64,000 nt of DNA from a bacterium. GTDB taxonomy: Bacteria > Patescibacteriota > Minisyncoccia > JBBINA01. A model generated the notes under the pieces. It did no database searches and was not told where the DNA came from. It worked only from the letters and a program-made list of their open reading frames with translations. The stretch lies in assembly GCA_037444125.1 (NCBI GenBank), contig JBBINA010000004.1, forward strand, positions 1,582-65,581, written 5' to 3'. Position numbers and translations under genes: made by a program. Positions 1-6,899 of this stretch are shown in pieces; the stretch's first letter is position 1, and the number at the start of each line of letters is the position of its first letter.

Positions 1-20
1 TTCGTCTCCAAAACTACGAG

Positions 21-92
21 TGGGCGACGAAGGGATCGAACCTTCGACCTCGTCTTTATCAGAGACGCGCTCTACCACTGAGCTAGTCGCCC
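21..92 (-). tRNA. tRNA-Ile(GAU)
   Basis: Cloverleaf GGGCGAC...GTCGCCC-A; anticodon loop CT-GAT-AA; T-loop TTCGATC; no encoded CCA. Confidence 0.95.
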
Positions 93-98
93 CATTAG

Positions 99-170
99 TG
101 GGTGCGGAAGGGATCGAACCTTCGACCCCGGGTTTATAAGACCCGTGCTCTACCACTGAGCTACGCACCC
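99..170 (-). tRNA. tRNA-Ile(UAU)
   Basis: Cloverleaf GGGTGCG...CGCACCC-A; anticodon arm CGGGT-CTTATAA-ACCCG; D and T arms identical to the neighbouring Ile(GAU). Confidence 0.92.
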
Positions 171-188
171 TACTGAGCTAATCACCCC
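171..188 (-). pseudogene. 5' fragment of a tRNA (acceptor 5' strand plus start of D arm)
   Basis: GGGGTGAT-TAGCTCAGTA abuts the 5' end of tRNA-Ile(UAU); no anticodon or T arm follows. Confidence 0.5.
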
Positions 189-220
189 TTTTTTAAATTA
201 TTTTATTTTAAAAGCATATC

Positions 221-808
221 TTAAAACATTACATCCTCGTCAGCGCGTTTGTAATCGAAAATTTCATCAGGTGAAAACCAGTATTCTAGCTCATGTTTTT
301 GTTCTTCGGGCGTTTCTGAAGCATGAACAAGATTATGTATTGCCCGTTTATCTCGGTTTGCTGAAGCAGCTGAATCTACCGAGAAATCTCCCCTAATTGA
401 ACCAAGCTCTGCTAATGCTGGTATTGTATTACCGACTAATTTACGGATCATATCTATAGCATGTACGCCTTTTACTACCATTTTTACCATTGGCCCTGAG
501 GTCATAAAATCAATAAGCCATTTACGGACCATTTTGCCGATTTCAAGAGGATCAGCGGTTCCTAACTCCTTTAAGGCGTCATAGCCATATTTTTGGTAAG
601 TGGCTAAGGTTTTATTGCCGACTTTTATTAGCCAGTCTTTTGATTTTGGATAGTGGCCATCAATTTGTTCAGCCGTGGCTAAAAACATTCTTATAGCAAC
701 TATTTTTAAACCTCTGTCTTCAATTCTTTTAATAATTTCGCCAATTAATCCTCGTTTTACTGCATCTGGTTTGAGAATAACTATTGTTTTTTCTTCTTTA
801 GGATGCAT
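221..808 (-). CDS. ndk: Nucleoside diphosphate kinase (long form with insertion)
   Basis: LKPDAVKRGLIGEII, GSIRGDF and NLVHAS (catalytic His) motifs; start moved to ATG 808 because the ORF-track extension runs through tRNA-Phe. Confidence 0.95.
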   Translation of the reverse strand: MHPKEEKTIVILKPDAVKRGLIGEIIKRIEDRGLKIVAIRMFLATAEQIDGHYPKSKDWLIKVGNKTLATYQKYGYDALKELGTADPLEIGKMVRKWLIDFMTSGPMVKMVVKGVHAIDMIRKLVGNTIPALAELGSIRGDFSVDSAASANRDKRAIHNLVHASETPEEQKHELEYWFSPDEIFDYKRADEDVMF

Positions 809-846
809 TTTAATTAGGCAATATGTTAATAAAAATAAATGCGATG

Positions 847-918
847 TGCCGACTGAGGGAATCGAACCCCCGACGCCATGCTCTTCAGGCATGCGCTCTA
901 CCACTGAGCTAAGTCGGC
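847..918 (-). tRNA. tRNA-Phe(GAA)
   Basis: GCCGACT...AGTCGGC-A; anticodon loop CT-GAA-GA. Confidence 0.95.
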
Positions 919-919
919 G

Positions 920-994
920 TGGTGCCCCTACCGGGAGTCGAACCCGGGTTCCAGGCTTGAAAAGCCTGTGTCCTAACCACTAGACGATAGGGGC
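920..994 (-). tRNA. tRNA-Glu(UUC)
   Basis: GCCCCTA...TAGGGGC-ACCA; anticodon arm CAGGC-TTTTCAA-GCCTG. Confidence 0.95.
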
Positions 995-1102
995 AGGATA
1001 AAAGCATCTTTAAGTCAATTATTGTAGTTTATTTTTATTTCTTTTTCAATAGAAATTAAAGTTGGCTTGATTTTGTATTTTATTTTCATAAAATTAAGAC
1101 AT

Positions 1103-2065
1103 ATGATATTAGTTATTGCAATTTTTTTCGCTTCTTTTTTGAGTTTATTTTTTTCTGCAAGATTTGGATTAAAAAAATTGACCTTTTTAACTTATTTGCT
1201 TCAACAAAGGGATTATATAATAGGCATTTTATTTTTAGGGTTTAGTACTTCTTTGCCTGAAGTTTTTGTAGGTATTAACAGCGCTTTAGAAGGAACGTCC
1301 CAAATTTCTTTAGCCAATATTATTGGCTCGAATATGATAAACTTGACTTTGTTGATTGGCATAACAGTTATGATTGCCGGAAATGTATTTACTCGTGGTG
1401 AAGTTTTTTCGGGTGAAGGATTATTTTCAATTTTTTCAATGTTTATTCCCCTTGGATTTATTATTTTTGACGGCGTTATTACAAGATTTGATGGCGTAGT
1501 ATTAATTATTCTTTTTGTATGTTATTATCTTTGGGTTTATTCTAAAAGAAGAAAAGCTTTATCAATAATTGAGCATACAATTCCGCGTGATGTAAGTAAA
1601 ATAAAAGTAATAATAACAATCTTTGAGCTAGTGATTGGTTTAATAGTGCTTTTTATTTCTGCCAATTTATTGATAAAAAGCGGTATTTATATTTTGGAAA
1701 AGATGAATGTGCCTCTTTTTATATTGGGTTTAGTGATTTTAACCATCGGTACAGTTATGCCGGAGTTAACTATTGATATAGTTAGTGCTTTTAAGAAACG
1801 GCCCGGATTTGCTCTGGGGAATTTATATGGCACTTTGGTTACTAATTCTTGTTTAGTGCTGGGAATTGTTTCCTTAATCAAGCCGATTAAATTTACGCCT
1901 AACTTTTTTATTTACAACTCAGTTATTTATTTGGCTATAGCTGTGTTTGTATTTCTCTTGATGGCTAAAACAAAAAATGTTTTTAGCCGAATGGAGGGAT
2001 TTGTTTTGGTGATGCTTTATATATTTTTCTTAACCACTTCTTTTTATCTTGCTATGTTAAAATAG
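1103..2065 (+). CDS. Cation/Ca2+ exchanger (CaCA family, YrbG-like)
   Basis: About 10 TM segments; duplicated alpha repeats STSLPE...IIGSN and GTVMPE...GNLYGT; ATG at 1103. Confidence 0.88.
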   Translation: MILVIAIFFASFLSLFFSARFGLKKLTFLTYLLQQRDYIIGILFLGFSTSLPEVFVGINSALEGTSQISLANIIGSNMINLTLLIGITVMIAGNVFTRGEVFSGEGLFSIFSMFIPLGFIIFDGVITRFDGVVLIILFVCYYLWVYSKRRKALSIIEHTIPRDVSKIKVIITIFELVIGLIVLFISANLLIKSGIYILEKMNVPLFILGLVILTIGTVMPELTIDIVSAFKKRPGFALGNLYGTLVTNSCLVLGIVSLIKPIKFTPNFFIYNSVIYLAIAVFVFLLMAKTKNVFSRMEGFVLVMLYIFFLTTSFYLAMLK

Positions 2066-2091
2066 TTTTGATTTCTGAATTTAAAAAGGAT

Positions 2092-2853
2092 ATGAAAGGA
2101 TTGATTTTGGCAGGAGGTAAAGGTACACGTTTAAGACCAATAACTTACTCAACGCCTAAGCACTTATTGCCGGTTTATAATAAACCTTTAATATATTTTG
2201 CCTTACATCAACTTAAACAATGTGGTATTAACGAGATTGGCGTTGTTGTGAATGAAAAGTATTTATCGCAGTTTATGTATTTGTTGGGCAATGGCGAAAG
2301 TTTTGGTGTGACTCTATATTATTTCATCGAGAAAGAAACCTTAGGCATAATGCATGCCGTAAGTTTGGCCTACAATTTATTTAGAAATACTGATTTAACA
2401 GTGATTTTTGGCGATAATATCTTTGAAGATGATATCTGCGAGTTTTTTGAGCGATTTCGTCGACAGCAATTTGTTATTAGAAACAAAAAAGTCAAGGGCG
2501 CTAGGGTAATTTTAAAAGAAGTTAAAGATCCAGAGCGCTTTGGCATTTGTGAAGTTAATAAGTCAGGTAAAATAATTTCCTTGGTTGAAAAGCCTAAAAA
2601 TCCAAAATCAAACTTAGCTTTGACCGGATTGTTTTTTGTTGATGAGCGTTATTACGATATATACAAGAAAATGAAACCATCAGAAAGAGGCGAATATGAA
2701 TATCCAGACTTTTTGCGTTATTATTTAAAGGAAGGGACCTTAACTTACGATGTTTTAAAAGGCGAGTGGTTTGATACAGGCACTTTTGACGCCTTATTTC
2801 AGGCAGCTAGTTTTGTTAAAGAGCACCCTCGCCTTAAAAATGATTTTTTCTAA
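2092..2853 (+). CDS. Glucose-1-phosphate thymidylyltransferase (RmlA-like)
   Basis: GLILAGGKGTRLRP, KHLLPVYNKP, EKP, SERGEYE and WFDTGT motifs; AAGGA before ATG 2092. Confidence 0.88.
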   Translation: MKGLILAGGKGTRLRPITYSTPKHLLPVYNKPLIYFALHQLKQCGINEIGVVVNEKYLSQFMYLLGNGESFGVTLYYFIEKETLGIMHAVSLAYNLFRNTDLTVIFGDNIFEDDICEFFERFRRQQFVIRNKKVKGARVILKEVKDPERFGICEVNKSGKIISLVEKPKNPKSNLALTGLFFVDERYYDIYKKMKPSERGEYEYPDFLRYYLKEGTLTYDVLKGEWFDTGTFDALFQAASFVKEHPRLKNDFF

Positions 2854-2864
2854 TTTTTTTAAAT

Positions 2865-2894
2865 AAAAAAAGAAGTTATTTTTCCTTCTTTTTT
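2865..2894. terminator. Putative bidirectional intrinsic terminator
   Basis: AAAAAAGAAG...CTTCTTTTTT inverted repeat just after the rmlA-like stop. Confidence 0.5.
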
Positions 2895-2922
2895 GGACGT
2901 TTTTATTAAATTTTTAATTTTA

Positions 2923-3010
2923 TGCCTCTTTTAAACCCGTTACCCTCAGTTTGGTAACGGGTTTAAAAGAGGCAGAGATGAGAGAGGGTTGTTAGTTATT
3001 CTCTCATTTC
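2923..3010. repeat. Perfect 22-bp inverted repeat followed by a second hairpin
   Basis: TGCCTCTTTTAAACCCGTTACC-8 nt-GGTAACGGGTTTAAAAGAGGCA (2923-2974), then GAGATGAGAGA...TCTCTCATTTC. Confidence 0.9.
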
Positions 3011-3023
3011 TTTACAGACTCGT

Positions 3024-3266
3024 TTATATGTTTTTTGGGTTGTGGGGTTGGTTGTAGATTGTCTTTAAATACAGAAAGATAAGCCATACGACTAGGTATA
3101 AGACTAGAAAAGTTGTGATAGAGAACAATATCGTCCATATCGTTCCTATGATGAGGCTATAAAATAGAAACAAAAAGACGAGAAAAACTGTTTTTACTTT
3201 GGTTTTGCCATAGCGGTTTTCTAGTTCTGTTTTTGTTTGTCTGAAAGCCTTGACTAATATATCCAT
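3024..3266 (-). CDS. Small membrane protein (80 aa, about 2 TM)
   Basis: GAGGAGG SD before ATG 3266 (MDILVKAF...); long hydrophobic stretch. Confidence 0.7.
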   Translation of the reverse strand: MDILVKAFRQTKTELENRYGKTKVKTVFLVFLFLFYSLIIGTIWTILFSITTFLVLYLVVWLIFLYLKTIYNQPHNPKNI

Positions 3267-3300
3267 AAACCTCCTCTTTGGCAAAATAAAGATCTCAGGG

Positions 3301-3345
3301 GAGGGCGAAAATATTCGCCCTCGGCCTCAGAGCTTTAGTCTGAGG
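3301..3345. other. Tandem GC-rich hairpins upstream of the small ORF
   Basis: GAGGGCGAA-AATA-TTCGCCCTC and CCTCAGA-GCTTTAG-TCTGAGG. Confidence 0.75.
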
Positions 3346-3432
3346 TGATGATATGATATAGGTATGTATAGAGTGCTGGCAAAATAGTAATCAAAGAATA
3401 ATAGGTCATAGATTTTTATGTGAAGTTTTAAA

Positions 3433-3522
3433 CATGCTCTTTTAAATACCTCACTTATGAAAGTAAAGGTCTTTAAGGAGCATGGCAGGGGGATACTTCA
3501 CAAAAATAATTACACCCTGCCA
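3433..3522. repeat. Imperfect long hairpin plus second hairpin, related to the 2923 element
   Basis: CATGCTCTTTTAAATACCT...AGGTCTTTAAGGAGCATG, then TGGCAGGG...CCCTGCCA. Confidence 0.75.
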
Positions 3523-3534
3523 ATGAGATGTTTT

Positions 3535-3780
3535 TTAAAGTGGACGGAATTCCTTCTTGATGACTACAGTATCGTAGTTCATCACATTCGGGAAAATTTT
3601 TTCAGTTTCCCCGAGAGGTAAGAACGAATTGTTCACAAAGACAGCATCACTAGGTTTTGCGCCTGCCAGGAATTTAAGTTCATAAACTCTGAGTTCCTGA
3701 GGCACTGCAATTATCGTAATGCTAGGTACTTCTGTTATGACATTTATCCACTTAATGTGGTGTAACTTAGTGCGACTTAA
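3535..3780 (-). CDS. Hypothetical protein, about 81 aa, start uncertain
   Basis: Open frame; AAGGAGGT SD is followed by an in-frame TTA, not a canonical start; the upstream extension crosses a hairpin. Confidence 0.4.
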   Translation of the reverse strand, partial: LSRTKLHHIKWINVITEVPSITIIAVPQELRVYELKFLAGAKPSDAVFVNNSFLPLGETEKIFPNVMNYDTVVIKKEFRPL

Positions 3781-3885
3781 GTTTACCTCCTTTATGATGT
3801 ATAGATTTTCTCGCCAAAAAGCGTTTTTTAAAATACCCTTTGGTAAGAAGGGATGTCGCATCTTAGATGGACATCCCATACATCC

Positions 3886-4038
3886 CTAGTCGTGCCCGGC
3901 CCGTGCCTCCTTAGCGAGCCGGCGGAGTTGAGTATAGCTTGGTTTTCCGGCGGTCAAAATGACGCCGGTGCGGGCGTCCACAACTACCGCCGAGACTGTC
4001 GGTTTTGCTTTGGAAAAAATTTTTTTTGACTTTTTCAT
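3886..4038 (-). CDS. Small basic protein, 50 aa (MKKSKKIFSKAKPTVSAVVVDARTGVILTAGKPSYTQLRRLAKEARAGHD); absent from the ORF track
   Basis: Hand translation; AGGAGGGAG SD before ATG; GC-rich codons; lies downstream of a near-consensus promoter. Confidence 0.7.
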   Translation of the reverse strand: MKKSKKIFSKAKPTVSAVVVDARTGVILTAGKPSYTQLRRLAKEARAGHD

Positions 4039-4118
4039 GACTCCCTCCTATGAGCGCAACTTAGCGTTGCGCCCCGCGGTCTTACGGTCCGCGACCGAAT
4101 TATGCGAACTCATATATA

Positions 4119-4146
4119 ATTATACATATTTTTGACAGAAAGTCAA
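4119..4146 (-). promoter_or_regulatory. Sigma70-type promoter
   Basis: TTGACT-16 nt-TATAAT with TG just upstream of the -10. Confidence 0.75.
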
Positions 4147-4154
4147 GAGGAAAA

Positions 4155-4919
4155 TTAACTTTTTGCCTTGCGAAGTTGTATTAACTCAAACTTACGATTG
4201 TCTATATATTCTACTTTTAGACCTAAAGATTTCAGAATTCGATTGGTTGGTTTTAAAATATATTCTCTTAAGCACTTATTGTAGTTAGGTTTTCTGCTTT
4301 TTTTTGTTAGTTCGTTTATTTTTGGTAGATTCTTAACTGCCTTAGTAAATTTATTAATTAAGAACCATTTGTCGTTTTTTAGCTTCTTTTTTAGCTGATC
4401 TAGTATTTGTTTATAGGATGATGTTAGTTCGGGATAGTTGCGTGTAGTTTCGTTAAGGCCGAAAGCTATGCTTAATATTAGCCGGGCGTCGATGTTTTGG
4501 GGAGTAGTGTTTGTTGTAAGGTACTTTAAAAAACCAAGCCATAACTTCAAATGTTTTTTAGCCACATTTGAGTTTTTTTGATAGATAATGTCTGCTACAA
4601 AAATATCCAAGACATAATTAATGGTTGTGACAGCTAAGTTATACTCATCTTGGCTTCTATCTTTTATATCAACTAAAAAGCCGCCGTAGATAGGATGTAG
4701 ATTTTCGGCAAGATAAGCATGGGCTATTTCGTGGTGTAAGGCGCCTATTTTCATTGCTGGATATATATTAAGTTTACTCGGTAATAAAATTAGATAGTGT
4801 TTTGGTTTTACAATTAATTGCGGCGTGATATTTTGATTAACCATTTTCACTTTAATAGGCAATTTTAGTTTGTACTTGTTTTGTAATTTTTTAACATATG
4901 TCGGTTTTATAGCCGTCAC
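4155..4919 (-). CDS. Putative zinc metallopeptidase (zincin, HExxH)
   Basis: ALHHEIAHAYL motif with downstream acidic residue (NYVLDIFV); start may be ATA at 4910. Confidence 0.6.
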   Translation of the reverse strand: MTAIKPTYVKKLQNKYKLKLPIKVKMVNQNITPQLIVKPKHYLILLPSKLNIYPAMKIGALHHEIAHAYLAENLHPIYGGFLVDIKDRSQDEYNLAVTTINYVLDIFVADIIYQKNSNVAKKHLKLWLGFLKYLTTNTTPQNIDARLILSIAFGLNETTRNYPELTSSYKQILDQLKKKLKNDKWFLINKFTKAVKNLPKINELTKKSRKPNYNKCLREYILKPTNRILKSLGLKVEYIDNRKFELIQLRKAKS

Positions 4920-5049
4920 CTCCCGATTGGCGAGTTTTTTTAGAGAACTATCTTATTTTATCAATATTTATATATTCAGTCAAAAAAAATAATAGAGTTA
5001 CAATTGATTGTTTATTTGGTATAATAATATTTTATTTATAATTTTTAAT

Positions 5050-5613
5050 ATGGAGAGAAATTATGAAAGCCGCTATAATCAGGGTGGTTATATGTGGCAA
5101 CCTTCTGGGCATAAAAAAATTGATATTGAGGATAAAGCTTATGAGTATAAACGTGGGCATTTTGTTGAGGATGTGGTGATGTATATTTTGAATAAGTATA
5201 TAAAAGAATCTTTAGAAAAAGGCGAACAACCAAAAATTGAATATGTAAGGAGAGATTTAAAAGAAGACAGGCTTGGCAAAGTTGACCTTTTTATTAAGTT
5301 TATGGGTGATGACGAGGAAATAAAATTTCAATTGACTACAAGGAAAAATTTGCAGGAATTGGCTAGAAAAAAAGAAAATCTTCCAAAGTATGTGGCTTTT
5401 GTTGTTTTAGAGTCGGAAAAAATTAATGAATTGTGGAAAGGATATCTTAATGCCAAAGTTGATAAACCAGATCTTGTAGTAGATGAATTTTTGTCTTCAA
5501 TTGATGAAAGGATTTTAAGGAGGATAAGGGATGAGTATCTCTACGAGTTGTTTAGGGCTCTTCCCTCTGAAAAGAAAGAGAGAATTGCCTATCTTTTGCA
5601 GACAGAAGAATAA
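5050..5613 (+). CDS. Hypothetical protein, PD-(D/E)XK-like nuclease fold suspected
   Basis: G-x-x-x-E helix, ED-x4-VD and FQLT pattern; ATG 5050. Confidence 0.55.
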   Translation: MERNYESRYNQGGYMWQPSGHKKIDIEDKAYEYKRGHFVEDVVMYILNKYIKESLEKGEQPKIEYVRRDLKEDRLGKVDLFIKFMGDDEEIKFQLTTRKNLQELARKKENLPKYVAFVVLESEKINELWKGYLNAKVDKPDLVVDEFLSSIDERILRRIRDEYLYELFRALPSEKKERIAYLLQTEE

Positions 5614-5615
5614 AT

Positions 5616-5640
5616 AAAACCAGCGCTATAGGCTGGTTTT
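5616..5640. terminator. Bidirectional intrinsic terminator
   Basis: AAAACCAGC-7 nt-GCTGGTTTT between convergent genes. Confidence 0.8.
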
Positions 5641-5642
5641 GA

Positions 5643-5849
5643 TTAGTTTATAGACTTTTTTTTGCGATTAAACTCAACGATTTCTTGCAGCAGTTTTTCA
5701 TCATTAATCTTAATAATAACACAATTTAACTCTTCATCAACTTCAATATTATTTAGAGCTGAATCTTTTGGCAGAGAACTTTTTAGCAATCTAGCAAATT
5801 TTCTAACTTTTTCCATTCCGTCAATATCTTTAGAATCTACTTTTTTCAT
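5643..5849 (-). CDS. Small hypothetical protein (68 aa)
   Basis: GAGGTG SD before ATG 5849; own promoter; ends at the terminator. Confidence 0.65.
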   Translation of the reverse strand: MKKVDSKDIDGMEKVRKFARLLKSSLPKDSALNNIEVDEELNCVIIKINDEKLLQEIVEFNRKKKSIN

Positions 5850-5879
5850 TACAATCACCTCTTATATGAAGGTTTCACA

Positions 5880-5908
5880 ATTATACTGCTAAATTTTATT
5901 AGAGTCAA
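5880..5908 (-). promoter_or_regulatory. Sigma70-type promoter
   Basis: TTGACT-17 nt-TATAAT. Confidence 0.75.
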
Positions 5909-6099
5909 TACCATGAATGAAATAAGAGATAGTAGTTATAGTTTAGGCGAGGAATCAGAGGTATGCTGAGAATTATATAAATGGATTAAATTAATATTCT
6001 TTTAATTTTGTTGTAATTCAAAGATTTTTTTGATTTTTAAGTTTATTTTTTACTAAAAAAAAAATGATATTTTTGGTTAGCTTGAAAAAGCCATTTTGA

Positions 6100-6776
6100 T
6101 TACTTGCAACTTTGCGGCTTAGTAGCCAAAAATTCTTCAAGGACCAATTCTGACTCACGCCATTCTAAAGCCTCATTTATGTCAATAAAACGGTAGTGCC
6201 AGGGTTCGTAAATATAGCCGGTGGTTTTTTCCGAACCTTTGCTATAACTCATAGCAAAACCATATCTAAAGGCATTTTGTGAGAGTTACTTGCCTTCAGG
6301 GGGTATTTTCAAAACATTGTTTTAGATCGCAAGAGCTTCCAGAACCAAAGTCAATAGTCGTACCTAGTTAATGTTCAGAATGACCTGGTTTTGCGGAAAA
6401 ATAACGTGCCTTTGGCCCAAATCTTTTAAGATATCTTTCGAAAATTTTTCTCTACTCATCGTAACTTCGATAAGCAGATAATATAATAAGATTTAAACCC
6501 TGCTTGCGAGCATCATACATTAAATTTCTTAATGGTTCAATGACAGGTTGACGGACAAATTTTTTTTAGGAAAGCCTAATTCGGTTAACTCGACCAAATC
6601 TTTGGGCTTATATTGACCTAATGAGATTTTTTATTCACTTCAACTAAAGCTAATAAATAATCGCCATTGGCGATAACGATTTCCTCAATTTGAGCTCGAT
6701 AGCTCCAAATAAAGGTAGTTGAAATAGCAATAAGAACTAAAATCAAACCAAAGCGACAGAGGTGTTTGGTGGACAT
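6100..6776 (-). pseudogene. D-Ala-D-Ala carboxypeptidase (M15B, VanY-like) pseudogene
   Basis: Hand translation gives an N-terminal TM anchor and SAYRSYDE*, AKPGHSEH*LGTTIDF, EGK*LSQNAFRYGF and GYIYEPWHYRF; 3 frameshifts and 3 nonsense codons. Confidence 0.92.
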
Positions 6777-6899
6777 ATGGCTTTTAATACTATTAGGCTT
6801 TCTTCCCCCTTTCTTTTACTAAAGAGATTGTTAAATTGTCTTATTAATTTCTTTTGTACTTTAATTTAAATGTTTTTTAGATGGGTTATATATCTCTGT

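Noticed and set aside
1-20. Short GC-containing word TTCGTCTCCAAAACTACGAG after tRNA-Ile
   Set aside because: Cut by the window edge; too short to call a tRNA or a repeat element.
675-983. ORF 675-983, the ndk extension to 904, and ORF 9354-9548
   Set aside because: They run across tRNA genes or antisense to ndk, so they are artefacts of the ORF track.
2923-3880. Integron attC array or CRISPR array
   Set aside because: No consistent RYYYAAC/GTTRRRY boxes, no identical repeats with regular spacers, and no integrase or cas gene in the window.
6100-6776. TAA/TAG read as Gln in the carboxypeptidase gene
   Set aside because: A third stop falls at a Trp position, three frameshifts co-occur, and TAA and TAG end normal genes throughout the window.
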